Source: Flavobacterium sp.
GTDB taxonomy: Bacteria > Bacteroidota > Bacteroidia > Flavobacteriales > Flavobacteriaceae
Length of the DNA: 64,000 nucleotides
Reading direction: 5' to 3'
Assembly (NCBI GenBank): GCA_042091515.1
Contig: JBELHH010000002.1
Location: forward strand, 62,450 to 126,449
Shown: positions 18,831-29,038 of the stretch, one piece after another
How the letters are laid out: each line of letters opens with the position of its first letter
Position numbering within the stretch: the stretch's first letter is position 1
Translations under genes and position numbers: made by a program
Notes under the pieces: model-generated
The model's input: only the letters and a program-made list of their open reading frames with translations
Databases searched by the model: none
Told to the model about the DNA's origin: nothing

Positions 18831-21209
18831 TTATTTTTTCTTAAACACTAGTAAATTTTCAGACTTCTCAATTTCTTTTTGATGGATTATCATTTTCACA
18901 AACTCTCCATTCACATATTTTTGGGCTTGATCCTTGTAATGTTCACTAAATACATTTCCAGATTGGCCCGTTGGCAAAATACTAACAGCATTTCCCACAT
19001 CATAAAAGTCTATAACCCTCCTTGTTGAAGGACCCGCTTTCACCTTATAAATTCCAGTTTCATTTAAGGTAAATAACTGATTATTTATCACTTCATTCCC
19101 ACCGTCCAAACTAAATGGACCTACATTAAAAAACTTTCGTAGTAATTCGCCTCCAGCTCCTAAGATATGTCCATGCTCTACTGAGATTACTTCACTCCAA
19201 GACCAATTTTCAATATCATTCCCTAATTGATTTTCTAAAAAAGAAACGGCCTTTTTGAAAGATGTTAATGTAATTTCTTGTTTTGTTTCGATTTTTTCTG
19301 TGTTCACATTGTCAAACCATATAGATTGCTCTTTTGCTGCCTGAATAGCAATCATTTTTTTCATCAGATGAGTTTCCATAAACTGTGAAAAACTTGGCCC
19401 CATTTCGTCCTTAAAAGTACCTAATAAAAACTCATATAAAAAACGATTATAAATTGTGGGTGCAGAACTATCTTTCATATAATCACCATTCCAATTTAAA
19501 AGTACTTGCAACGCTTTTTTTTCATTTACAGAAAAATTGCTTGTATCAAAATCTACTGTTAAACCTTCTATGTTCTTAGGAACAATTATAGAAGTAACAT
19601 CAAAAATCATTTTTTCGGTATCTTCTTGAGTCCAGTCATTTTTATTCTCAAGAAGTGTCTCTATTCTCTGCCCCCTATCTTCTGGCAAATAGTACCCAGG
19701 GTATAAAATTCCAGCAATTGTATCTGGTTGATTATTTGCTGAATAAACATAATTCCAACTTGGATTTACCGCCATTGGGTTTTCTTCAAAATCTAAATAC
19801 TCTTTAATCTCATCATTCCCAGAAACGCCATCTAGGTATAGTTTGGTATTGATAGAATCTCTATATTTATATAATTTGCCCGCTGCAATCCAAGCAATAT
19901 TATTTAAAGCATCGCCATACATCAAGTTTAGTCCAGGTGCATGTAATAATTTAGCTCCTTCTTTAAATTCTGAGAACGAATTAGCATGAGAAATATGGTA
20001 TCCAACATCTAAGATATGATTGTCTAATTTTGTATAAATCCATTGCATTGCTAACGGCCTATCATCATCTATTTCATGAATAAGATTGTTCATAATAGGA
20101 CCATGTTTACTAATTTTAACCGTAAATGTAGAGTCTGGCATCCCCTTTATTTTAATTGTTTTCTCTATGAGATCATAGGAAGAATAGCCTTTTTTTGTTA
20201 AGTATTCATTTGAATTTTCTGGATTATTTTTTTCAATATAAAAATCAACATCATCATTTTCAAACATCGTTACACCATAGGCATAATTTTTATTATGTCC
20301 TAACATTGGAAAAGGTGTTAACGCCAGATTGTACCCATACAATTCGTATGTTGGTGTTTTTAAATGTGATTGATACCAAACAGAAGGTTGTGAAAATCCT
20401 ATATGAGGATCATTGGCAAAAATTACTTTTCCATTTTTTGTTTTATCAGCTCCTATGATCCATGAATTACTCCCAATAAAAGGAGAAATTGGTAATTTTT
20501 CAAACATTCTATTCATAGATTTAGCAAAAGAAGCTCTTATTTCTGGATTTATTTCATTTTTTAAAATTGCTGTATTTTGCGAGATTGGAATTCCCAATTC
20601 TGCTAGATATTCATTTCCTAACTTTTCTTTAATTTCTTGTAATAACGGATCTGTTTTTTGAGCAATTGCGAAACTGAAGGACATATAACCAAAGACATGA
20701 TATACATCATTAATTGTAAATTTTGATTTTTCTAAACCTACTAATGTGTATTCTATAGGAGTTGGACCCTCTTCTATAAATTGATTGACACCATCTAGAT
20801 ATGCCATAGTAAGTTGATATGATTCTGAATTAACGTCTAGGTTGGCAATCGATTTATTTGTGTTTTCTACCAATCCTAGCCCTGAAAAAAAAACATCCGT
20901 TTCAATTAATTTTTCTCCAAAAATCTCGGATAATCTTCCAGGAGCAATTCTTCTTATTAATTCCATTTGCCATAATCGGTCCTGAGCATGAACATATCCT
21001 AATACCCTATACCCATCTTTTTGATTTTGGGCGTTGATATGTGGTACACCATAGTCATCAAAATAAACAGTTACCTCTTCAGAAAGTTTGGCTAATGGAA
21101 GCTCTCCTTGATAGGTAGGGTGTAAAGACCTCACATACAACCACCCAAATAAACATATTAATACACATAGGGTGATTACAATTTTGACTATTTTTTTAAA
21201 TGTACTCAT
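18831..21209 (-). CDS. Penicillin/AHL acylase-family Ntn hydrolase
   Basis: 792 aa with an N-terminal anchor or signal sequence. The predicted autoprocessing site is FIG|SNSWIIG, with the nucleophile Ser247 codon at 20469-20471. Confidence 0.85.
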   Translation of the reverse strand: MSTFKKIVKIVITLCVLICLFGWLYVRSLHPTYQGELPLAKLSEEVTVYFDDYGVPHINAQNQKDGYRVLGYVHAQDRLWQMELIRRIAPGRLSEIFGEKLIETDVFFSGLGLVENTNKSIANLDVNSESYQLTMAYLDGVNQFIEEGPTPIEYTLVGLEKSKFTINDVYHVFGYMSFSFAIAQKTDPLLQEIKEKLGNEYLAELGIPISQNTAILKNEINPEIRASFAKSMNRMFEKLPISPFIGSNSWIIGADKTKNGKVIFANDPHIGFSQPSVWYQSHLKTPTYELYGYNLALTPFPMLGHNKNYAYGVTMFENDDVDFYIEKNNPENSNEYLTKKGYSSYDLIEKTIKIKGMPDSTFTVKISKHGPIMNNLIHEIDDDRPLAMQWIYTKLDNHILDVGYHISHANSFSEFKEGAKLLHAPGLNLMYGDALNNIAWIAAGKLYKYRDSINTKLYLDGVSGNDEIKEYLDFEENPMAVNPSWNYVYSANNQPDTIAGILYPGYYLPEDRGQRIETLLENKNDWTQEDTEKMIFDVTSIIVPKNIEGLTVDFDTSNFSVNEKKALQVLLNWNGDYMKDSSAPTIYNRFLYEFLLGTFKDEMGPSFSQFMETHLMKKMIAIQAAKEQSIWFDNVNTEKIETKQEITLTSFKKAVSFLENQLGNDIENWSWSEVISVEHGHILGAGGELLRKFFNVGPFSLDGGNEVINNQLFTLNETGIYKVKAGPSTRRVIDFYDVGNAVSILPTGQSGNVFSEHYKDQAQKYVNGEFVKMIIHQKEIEKSENLLVFKKK

Positions 21210-21281
21210 TCCGATAATTTAGTATTTTTTCAAAGATAATAGATTTAAGTTGTATTTTTGATTCTCCAAAATTCTATCATA

Positions 21282-22427
21282 ATGAAAAAAATTCAAATGG
21301 TTGATCTTCAAGGTCAGTATGTGAAAATTAAAAATAACATAGACACTTCGATTGAAGAAGTTCTAAATTCCTCAGCATATATCAATGGCCCCTATGTTCA
21401 CGAATTCCAATCAGACTTAGAAGAATATTTAGGTGTAAAACATGTGATTCCATGTGCAAATGGTACAGATGCTCTTCAGATTGCCATGATGGGTCTTGGA
21501 CTTAAACAAGGTGATGAGGTAATTACTGTAGACTTTACATTTGCTGCTACAGTAGAAGTAATTGCATTATTAAAATTAACTCCTGTTTTAATTGATGTTG
21601 AGCCAGATACCTTTAATATAGATATTCCTTCTTTAAAAAAGGCCATCACACCAAAAACAAAAGCGATTGTTCCTGTACATCTATTTGGCTTATGTGCCAA
21701 TATGGATATGATTATGGAAGTTGCTAAAGAACATGATTTATTTGTTATAGAAGATACTGCTCAAGCGATCGGAGCCAATTACACATCAAGTGATGGGACT
21801 AAGCAGAAAGTTGGAACCATTGGAGATGTTGGAACTACCTCTTTTTTTCCATCAAAAAATTTAGGCTGTTATGGTGATGGTGGTGCAATTTTTACAAATA
21901 ATGATTCGTTAGCACATACAATTCGAGGAATGGTAAACCATGGTATGTATAAACGTTATTACCATGATGTTGTGGGAGTGAATTCTAGATTAGACAGTAT
22001 TCAAGCAGCTGTTTTAAAAGCTAAACTTCCTTTATTAGATAACTATTGTGATTCGAGAAGAAATGCTGCCAGGTACTATAATAATGCATTTGCCGGTAAT
22101 GAAAACATTGTTACGCCAACCACTAAATCATGTGGTAATATTTGTGACTCTTGTGACTGTCATGTTTTTCACCAGTATACATTAAAAATTACAAATGGTA
22201 AACGAAACGAATTACATCAACATCTATTAGACAACGGAATACCGAATGCGATTTATTATCCAGTTCCATTACATGCTCAAAAAGCCTATCAAGATGATCG
22301 CTATGATGATAAAGATTTTATAGTAACAAATGATTTAATTGATACAGTTATTTCATTGCCAATGCATACAGAATTAGACAATGAACAACTAGCTTTTATT
22401 ACAAAGACTATCAATACATTTATATAA
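21282..22427 (+). CDS. DegT/DnrJ/EryC1/StrS-family PLP-dependent sugar aminotransferase
   Basis: The PLP-lysine context SFFPSKNLGCYGDGGA is present. The start is set at the ATG at 21282; the track start is a TTG at 21258. Confidence 0.9.
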   Translation: MKKIQMVDLQGQYVKIKNNIDTSIEEVLNSSAYINGPYVHEFQSDLEEYLGVKHVIPCANGTDALQIAMMGLGLKQGDEVITVDFTFAATVEVIALLKLTPVLIDVEPDTFNIDIPSLKKAITPKTKAIVPVHLFGLCANMDMIMEVAKEHDLFVIEDTAQAIGANYTSSDGTKQKVGTIGDVGTTSFFPSKNLGCYGDGGAIFTNNDSLAHTIRGMVNHGMYKRYYHDVVGVNSRLDSIQAAVLKAKLPLLDNYCDSRRNAARYYNNAFAGNENIVTPTTKSCGNICDSCDCHVFHQYTLKITNGKRNELHQHLLDNGIPNAIYYPVPLHAQKAYQDDRYDDKDFIVTNDLIDTVISLPMHTELDNEQLAFITKTINTFI

Positions 22428-22463
22428 AAAACAAATTATACTCTCTTTTTTAAGAAGTTCAAT

Positions 22464-23471
22464 ATGAGAAAGATTTTAGTAACAGGTGGATTAGGGTATA
22501 TTGGATCTCATACGGTAGTAGAGTTACAAAATGCCGGATTTAAAGTTATTATTATTGACAATTTAAGTAATTCTAGAATTGAAGTTTTAGATAAAATCGT
22601 TTCCATAACTGGAATACGACCAGAATTTCATAATCTAGACCTAAGAAATAAAAAAGCAATTCAATTGTTTTTTAAAAATAATTCTGTAGAGGGTATCATT
22701 CACTTTGCAGCTTCAAAAGCTGTGGGCGAAAGCATTAAAAATCCTTTATTATACTACGAAAATAATATTAACACGTTAGTACATCTCCTACAAGAGATGG
22801 AAAAGCACAATCTAACAAACTTAATTTTCAGTTCTTCTTGTACTGTTTATGGCCAAGCAGATGAGTTACCAATTACAGAAAATTCCCCTGTAAGACCAGC
22901 GGAATCTCCTTATGGAAATACAAAAAAAATAGGAGAGGAGATAATTAATGATCGTTGTAATATTTCTGATTTAAGAGCGATAGCACTCCGTTATTTTAAT
23001 CCAATAGGAGCGCACGAAAGTGCTAAGATTGGAGAATTACCACTTGGTGTTCCACAAAATTTGATTCCTTTTATTACTCAAACTGCTGCAGGAATTAGAA
23101 AAGAATTATCTGTTTTTGGTGATGATTTTCCAACAAAAGATGGAACCGCTATACGAGACTTTATTCATGTTGTAGATTTAGCAAAATCTCATATTACTGC
23201 ATTAGAAAGATTACTTAATGATAACCATAAAAAAGATTTTGAAGTTTTTAATATAGGAACTGGTAAAGGAAATTCTGTGTATGAAGTCATCAAGGCTTTT
23301 GAAAAAATCTCTAACACAACACTAAATTACAAAATAGTTGGAAGACGAGAAGGCGATATTACAGCAGCCTATGCAGACACCACATTAGCAAACAAAGTAT
23401 TAAGATGGAGCGCTAAAAAAACATTAGAAGAAGCTCTATTATCTGCTTGGAAGTGGCAACAGAAACAGTAA
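22464..23471 (+). CDS. galE: UDP-glucose 4-epimerase
   Basis: Motifs GGLGYIGSH and the catalytic YGNTK; 335 aa. Confidence 0.9.
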   Translation: MRKILVTGGLGYIGSHTVVELQNAGFKVIIIDNLSNSRIEVLDKIVSITGIRPEFHNLDLRNKKAIQLFFKNNSVEGIIHFAASKAVGESIKNPLLYYENNINTLVHLLQEMEKHNLTNLIFSSSCTVYGQADELPITENSPVRPAESPYGNTKKIGEEIINDRCNISDLRAIALRYFNPIGAHESAKIGELPLGVPQNLIPFITQTAAGIRKELSVFGDDFPTKDGTAIRDFIHVVDLAKSHITALERLLNDNHKKDFEVFNIGTGKGNSVYEVIKAFEKISNTTLNYKIVGRREGDITAAYADTTLANKVLRWSAKKTLEEALLSAWKWQQKQ

Positions 23472-23475
23472 CTAT

Positions 23476-24363
23476 TTATTCCTCAAAATTTGCACCACTC
23501 GCGATAACACTTCTATCTATTTTACGCATCAGACCTTGTAAAACTTTTCCTGGCCCTACTTCAATAAATTCTGTTCCTCCATCTGCAATCATTGCCTGAA
23601 TTGATTGTGTCCATTTTACCGGAGCTGTGAGTTGTTTAATGAGGTTCTCCTTAATTTCATTGGCTGTATACACCGCTTTTGCCGGAACATTTTGATACAC
23701 TGGATAGGTAGGCTCATTAAAATGTGTTGTCTCAATTGCAGCTGCTAGTTCTTCTCTTGCTGGCTCCATCATTGGCGAATGAAAGCCTCCTCCTACTGGT
23801 AAAACCAAAGCTCTTCTTGCTCCCTTTTTGAGCAATACCTCACAGGCTTCTTCAATAGCAGAAACCTCTCCAGAGATAACTAATTGACCAGGACAATTAT
23901 AATTTGCTGCCACAACAACTCCATTTATATCATTACAAACTTGCTCTACTATTTTATCGTCTAGCCCTAAAACAGCAGCCATTGTAGAGGGCTTAATTTC
24001 ACAAGCTTTCTGCATCGCTATTGCTCGTTTGGAAACCAAATTTAATCCATCTTCAAAAGATAAAACTTCCGCTGCTACCAATGCTGAAATTTCGCCCAAA
24101 GAATGCCCTGCAACCATTTCTGGCATAAAATTATCACCAAGAACTTTTGCTAAAATAACCGAATGTAAAAAAATTGCAGGTTGCGTAACACGTGTTTGTT
24201 TTAATTCGTCAGCAGCCCCTTCAAACATAATGTCTGTTATACTAAATCCTAAAACTTCATTTGCTTTTTCAAAAAGTTCTTGTGCTAAAGGTGAGTTTTC
24301 GTATAGGTCTAAACCCATTCCTGAAAACTGTGCTCCTTGACCTGGAAAAATATATGCTTTCAT
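23476..24363 (-). CDS. fabD: Malonyl-CoA:ACP transacylase
   Basis: FPGQGAQ motif and active-site GHSLGE. Confidence 0.95.
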   Translation of the reverse strand: MKAYIFPGQGAQFSGMGLDLYENSPLAQELFEKANEVLGFSITDIMFEGAADELKQTRVTQPAIFLHSVILAKVLGDNFMPEMVAGHSLGEISALVAAEVLSFEDGLNLVSKRAIAMQKACEIKPSTMAAVLGLDDKIVEQVCNDINGVVVAANYNCPGQLVISGEVSAIEEACEVLLKKGARRALVLPVGGGFHSPMMEPAREELAAAIETTHFNEPTYPVYQNVPAKAVYTANEIKENLIKQLTAPVKWTQSIQAMIADGGTEFIEVGPGKVLQGLMRKIDRSVIASGANFEE

Positions 24364-24497
24364 TTGATTTTAGTTTCATTAATTTAACCACAAAAATAAG
24401 GATTTCTTATCTCATTAAAAGACTTTTAAAAAGAACTAAATAAATCGCTTCTTTCTCTTATGTTTGTATTAAGAAATTATTAGTAATTTCGTTGCAC

Positions 24498-25199
24498 ATG
24501 AAAGCTGAAAAAAAATCTCAAGCACAAATAATTTACCTCATCTTAGCAGCACTTTTTATTGCTTCATTAGTAACTTCCAATTTAATTTTTCAAAAATTTT
24601 TCTATTGGTATCCATTCGATAGTGAAATCTTTGGAGTAAAGCTGTTTGAAATTTCTGTTGGATTATTACCCTATCCAATCACTTTTTTAATTACAGACAT
24701 TCTCTCTGAGATTTATGGGAAAAAGAAAGCAAATCATGTTGTTATTGCTGGAATTTTTGCCTCTGTCTTTTCTCTAGGTATTATTTATGTTTCTAAGGTA
24801 GTCCCAGCAACATCTTGGTCTATTGTTGATGATAGTAATTTTATTCTAGTTTTTGGCTCAGCTCCATTGGCAGTTATGGCCTCTATGTTTGCCTATTTAT
24901 TTGCCCAATTTATCGACATTAGAGTCTATCACTTTTGGAAAAATTTAACAAAAGGCAAACACCTTTGGTTACGAAATAATTTTTCTACATTTTCTTCACA
25001 AATTATAGATACGCTTAGTGTGCTGTTATTATTATGCACTTTTAATATTATACAATGGGATAAATTTCTAGGCTTATTAATTAGTGGAGTACTCTTTAAA
25101 ATAATGATTGCCGCCCTTGATACTCCTATTTTGTATGCCATAGTGTTTTTCTTCAGAAGGCATTTTAATTTAAAAATGGGGGAAGAAATAAAAATATAA
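24498..25199 (+). CDS. yhhQ: Queuosine-precursor transporter (YhhQ/VUT family)
   Basis: Polytopic membrane protein with YPITFLITDILSEIYG. The start is set at the ATG at 24498. Confidence 0.8.
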   Translation: MKAEKKSQAQIIYLILAALFIASLVTSNLIFQKFFYWYPFDSEIFGVKLFEISVGLLPYPITFLITDILSEIYGKKKANHVVIAGIFASVFSLGIIYVSKVVPATSWSIVDDSNFILVFGSAPLAVMASMFAYLFAQFIDIRVYHFWKNLTKGKHLWLRNNFSTFSSQIIDTLSVLLLLCTFNIIQWDKFLGLLISGVLFKIMIAALDTPILYAIVFFFRRHFNLKMGEEIKI

Positions 25200-25268
25200 A
25201 CTCCTTTTAGTATCCATGTAAACTATTTAGAATGGTTTCGTCTAAAAGAATACGAAACAGTAGAAAAT

Positions 25269-25976
25269 ATGAAAAGCCTACCAATTTTTATACTATTATT
25301 GAGCTATATAACGATTCAATCACAAACTTCAGAATATGATACATTACTTTATAATAATGTTGATATTAAAGGAAACGTTGACTATAAATCCCTAAAAATA
25401 AACCCTACTATTTTAGATAATTTTCTACTATATTTAAATGACACATCCCCAAAAAAAGACTGGTCATCTGATAAAGAAAAAGCTTTTTGGATTAATGCCT
25501 ATAATGCATACACTCTTAAAATTGTAACAACCAACTATCCAATAAAGAGTATTACCAATATTAAAGTTGATGGAAAGACAGCTTGGAAAACTCCATTTGT
25601 AAAAGTTGGTGGTAAAACATATACATTAGATCAAATTGAACATGAAATTTTAAGGAAAAAATTTAAAGACCCAAGAATTCATGTTGGAGTTAATTGTGCT
25701 TCAATATCTTGTCCTAAATTATCAAACAAAGCATTCACCGAAAACAATATAGAAAGTGAATTAGAACATTTAATGACCGATTTTATAAATGATCCAACAA
25801 AAAATAATATCGGTGAAAAAAAATTAGTACTTTCCGAAATATTTAATTGGTTTAAGGCTGACTTTACATCAAGTGGATCATTAATTGATTACATCAATAA
25901 ATATTCTAAAGTAACAGTTGACAAAAAGCTAAAAATAAAATTCCTACCTTACAATTGGAGTTTAAACGAAAAGTAA
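25269..25976 (+). CDS. Secreted DUF547-like protein
   Basis: Signal peptide MKSLPIFILLLSYITIQSQ. The WINAYNAYT and HVGVNCASISCP motifs are ones I associate with DUF547. Confidence 0.6.
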   Translation: MKSLPIFILLLSYITIQSQTSEYDTLLYNNVDIKGNVDYKSLKINPTILDNFLLYLNDTSPKKDWSSDKEKAFWINAYNAYTLKIVTTNYPIKSITNIKVDGKTAWKTPFVKVGGKTYTLDQIEHEILRKKFKDPRIHVGVNCASISCPKLSNKAFTENNIESELEHLMTDFINDPTKNNIGEKKLVLSEIFNWFKADFTSSGSLIDYINKYSKVTVDKKLKIKFLPYNWSLNEK

Positions 25977-26016
25977 AACACACGGTCAATTTTAATTGAT
26001 ATTTAATCTTAAAAGT

Positions 26017-26352
26017 ATGTCTAAAACATATTATGATCCAGCAGACCTTCGTAAGTTTGGTGCTATCACAGAATGGAATGAAGAACTAGGAAATAGGTTC
26101 TTTGAGTATTATGAAAAAGTTTTTGAGGAAGGGGCATTATCAGCTAGAGAAAAATCATTAATTGCTTTAGCGGTTGCTCACACAGAACAATGCCCATATT
26201 GTATTGATGCGTATACAAAAGATGGATTACAACGCGGAATTACTAAAGAAGAAATGATGGAGGCTGTTCATGTTGGTGCTGCCATTAAAAGTGGAGCCAC
26301 CTTAGTCCATGGAGTTCAAATGATGAACAAGGTCAATAAATTGGAAATGTAG
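26017..26352 (+). CDS. AhpD/carboxymuconolactone-decarboxylase-like, arsenosugar-associated peroxidase-like protein
   Basis: 112 aa with CxxC in HTEQCPYCIDAY. It ends 1 nt before arsS. The start is set at the ATG at 26017. Confidence 0.75.
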   Translation: MSKTYYDPADLRKFGAITEWNEELGNRFFEYYEKVFEEGALSAREKSLIALAVAHTEQCPYCIDAYTKDGLQRGITKEEMMEAVHVGAAIKSGATLVHGVQMMNKVNKLEM

Positions 26353-26353
26353 T

Positions 26354-27409
26354 ATGAGTAAGAAATCTCTTTTAGCAAGAAAAAACACACTCGCTAATTC
26401 AGAAAAACAATTAGAAATTTTATCTAATGGTATTTTTGCTAATGGTGAATTACCCACGTTTGAACAAAAAATCAAAGAGACCAATCAGTTTCCACTTCGT
26501 CCAAAAAAATTAGAAATTTTACAAATCAATCTTGGGTATATGTGTAATCAAGTATGTGCTCATTGTCATGTAGACGCGGGTCCAGACAGAAAAGAAATCA
26601 TGACCATTGAAACCATGCAACTATGTTTAGACGTTATCAAAAACACTGGAGCACATACGTTAGATCTAACTGGTGGTGCCCCGGAGATGAATCCGAATTT
26701 CAGATGGTTTGTAGAAGAAGCTTCAAAAATAGGAATCAAAGATTTTATTGTAAGATCTAACTTAACCATCATTAGAGCCAATAAAAAATACAATGATTTA
26801 CCAGAATTTTTCAAAAAATACAATATTCACGTTATAAGCTCGATGCCCCACTGGACAAAAGGGAAAACAGACAAACAACGTGGAAATGGAGTTTTTGACA
26901 AATCGATTAAAGCCTTGCAGCAATTAAATGATATTGGATATGGAGTTTCAGGAAGTGGTTTACGTTTAGATTTAGTTTATAATCCCTCAGGAGCATTTTT
27001 ACCAGGAGATCAAATGGCGCTAGAAACATCATTTAAAAAAACGTTAAGAGACGAGTTCAATATCCAATTTCATCATTTATTTACCATTACCAATTTACCA
27101 ATTAGCCGTTTTTTAGATTATTTAATCGCTTCAGAAAATTACGAAGATTATATGCATGCATTGGTAGAAGCTTACAACTCTGTAACTTTACCTAATGTAA
27201 TGTGCACTAATACGCTTTCTGTTAGCTGGGACGGGTGGTTGTATGACTGTGATTTTAATCAAATGCTTAATCTAAAAGTAGCCAGTAAAGTAACACACAT
27301 CTCAAAATACAGGGAAGATATTTTACAAAAAAGAAATATCATTATTGGTCAACACTGCTATGGCTGTACAGCAGGATCAGGAAGTAGTTGTCAAGGAACA
27401 GTCGTCTAA
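26354..27409 (+). CDS. arsS: Radical SAM / Cys-rich-tail enzyme, arsenosugar biosynthesis ArsS type
   Basis: Radical-SAM motif CNQVCAHC and C-terminal HCYGCTAGSGSSCQG tail, adjacent to an ArsM-like methyltransferase. Confidence 0.8.
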   Translation: MSKKSLLARKNTLANSEKQLEILSNGIFANGELPTFEQKIKETNQFPLRPKKLEILQINLGYMCNQVCAHCHVDAGPDRKEIMTIETMQLCLDVIKNTGAHTLDLTGGAPEMNPNFRWFVEEASKIGIKDFIVRSNLTIIRANKKYNDLPEFFKKYNIHVISSMPHWTKGKTDKQRGNGVFDKSIKALQQLNDIGYGVSGSGLRLDLVYNPSGAFLPGDQMALETSFKKTLRDEFNIQFHHLFTITNLPISRFLDYLIASENYEDYMHALVEAYNSVTLPNVMCTNTLSVSWDGWLYDCDFNQMLNLKVASKVTHISKYREDILQKRNIIIGQHCYGCTAGSGSSCQGTVV

Positions 27410-27422
27410 TCAAAATAAAAAA

Positions 27423-28391
27423 ATGAGTTATTTAGAAACCACAAAAAATGTATATAAAAAAGCGGCGTTAACACCAGATATTGGTTTATGCTGCACCACA
27501 AATCCTATTTGGGAATTACCGGGTCTAAAAATTCCGAAAATTATGCAAGAAATGAATTATGGATGTGGTTCTACAGTTCATGCTAGAGATTTAACCAATA
27601 ATCCAACTATGCTTTATGTTGGAGTGGGTGGGGGTATGGAATTATTACAGTTTTCTTATTTCAATCGTACAAAAGGAGGTGTGATTGGATTAGATGTTGT
27701 CGATGAAATGCTAGAAGCTTCTCTTAAAAACTTTGTAGAAGCAGAAAAAATGAATCCTTGGTTTAAAAGTAACTTTATAGACCTACGAAAAGGAGATGCT
27801 TTACACCTACCTGTAAAAGATAATTCAATTGATGTTGCTGCTCAGAATTGTTTATTTAATATTTTTAAATCTGATGACTTAACAAAAGCAGTTTCAGAAA
27901 TGTATCGAGTACTTAAACCTCATGGTCGTTTGGTAATGAGTGATCCAACATGCGAACAAGAGATGAATGATGAATTAAGAAATGATGAACGTCTACGGGC
28001 CCTCTGCCTCAGTGGAAGTTTATCCATATCTGATTACGTAAAAACATTAACTGATGCTGGATTTGGAACCATAGAAATCAGAGCTCGAAAACCCTACAGA
28101 ATATTAGATCCAAAAAATTACCCAACAGATAAAATCATCTATATAGAATCTATTGAAATTGCCGCTATTAAAGATCCAATGCCAAAAGATGGTCCTTGTA
28201 TTTTTACTGGAAAAGCAGCTATTTATTTTGGAAAAGAAGATTATTTTGATGATCAGGCTGGACATATATTACTTAAAAATCAACCCTTAGCCATTTGTGA
28301 TAAGACAGCCAATTCTTTAAATTCTTTAAAAAGAAATGATATTTTTATTTCACCGTCTACCTATCATTATGATGGGGGAGGATGCTGTTAA
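27423..28391 (+). CDS. arsM: SAM-dependent arsenite methyltransferase-like protein
   Basis: SAM motif I LYVGVGGG plus conserved-type cysteines (GLCC, NYGCG, QNCLFN). The start is set at the ATG at 27423; the track start overlaps arsS. Confidence 0.75.
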   Translation: MSYLETTKNVYKKAALTPDIGLCCTTNPIWELPGLKIPKIMQEMNYGCGSTVHARDLTNNPTMLYVGVGGGMELLQFSYFNRTKGGVIGLDVVDEMLEASLKNFVEAEKMNPWFKSNFIDLRKGDALHLPVKDNSIDVAAQNCLFNIFKSDDLTKAVSEMYRVLKPHGRLVMSDPTCEQEMNDELRNDERLRALCLSGSLSISDYVKTLTDAGFGTIEIRARKPYRILDPKNYPTDKIIYIESIEIAAIKDPMPKDGPCIFTGKAAIYFGKEDYFDDQAGHILLKNQPLAICDKTANSLNSLKRNDIFISPSTYHYDGGGCC

Positions 28392-28424
28392 ATAAATATC
28401 ACTTAGATTTTTTCACTGTGAAAT

Positions 28425-29033
28425 ATGACACAAAAAAGTAATAATTTATTATTAGTCTTTATCAAAAATCCAGAATTAGGAAAGGTGAAAACACGCTTAG
28501 CAAAAAGTATTGGTCATAATACTGCTTTAAAAATATATCATTATTTACTTCTTAGAACTCACCATATTACAAATCAAGTTTCTTGTCATAAAGCAGTGTA
28601 TTATTCTGATAAAATAATTGAAAAAGATCTATGGGATGTAAACTCTTATTTAAAGTATTTACAAAAAGGAGATGATTTAGGAATTAGAATGTTAAATGCT
28701 TTTAAGAACAGTTTTGAGACTGGTTATAAAAAAGTTATCGTGATAGGATCAGATCTATACGACTTAACGCCTCAGATCATAGAAGAGGCTTTTTTAAGTT
28801 TAAATACGAATGATTTTGTAATCGGTCCTGCAAAAGATGGTGGGTATTATCTGTTAGGGATGAAGAAACTTCAAACAACTATTTTTAAAAATAAAGCTTG
28901 GGGTACCTCTACCGTAAAAAAAGATACTTTAAATGACATCACAAATAAAAAAGTACATTTGTTAAAGGAACTAAATGACATAGATATCTTAGAAGATATT
29001 TCTCATCACCCAGCTTTTCAACATTTTCTATAG
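28425..29033 (+). CDS. DUF2064 / TIGR04282-like (CofC/MobA-fold) transferase
   Basis: Motifs GKVKTRL, DLGIRM, IGSDLYDL and GPAKDGGYYLLG. Confidence 0.75.
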   Translation: MTQKSNNLLLVFIKNPELGKVKTRLAKSIGHNTALKIYHYLLLRTHHITNQVSCHKAVYYSDKIIEKDLWDVNSYLKYLQKGDDLGIRMLNAFKNSFETGYKKVIVIGSDLYDLTPQIIEEAFLSLNTNDFVIGPAKDGGYYLLGMKKLQTTIFKNKAWGTSTVKKDTLNDITNKKVHLLKELNDIDILEDISHHPAFQHFL

Positions 29034-29038
29034 ATCGT

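Noticed and set aside
24364-24497. Possible preQ1 riboswitch upstream of the queuosine-precursor transporter yhhQ.
   Set aside because: I could not find the conserved preQ1-I/II core, meaning a short hairpin followed by an A-rich tail with the expected CCC/GGG pairing. The region reads as a plain AT-rich divergent promoter. An Rfam scan would settle the question.
15723-26823. Track ORFs 15723-15908, 20195-20458, 20413-20661, 21476-21700, 24029-24340, 24261-24443, 24929-25141, 26302-26484 and 26566-26823.
   Set aside because: All lie antisense to, or out of frame within, well-supported genes (engB, acylase, DegT, fabD, yhhQ, arsS). They have no motifs and a composition typical of shadow ORFs.
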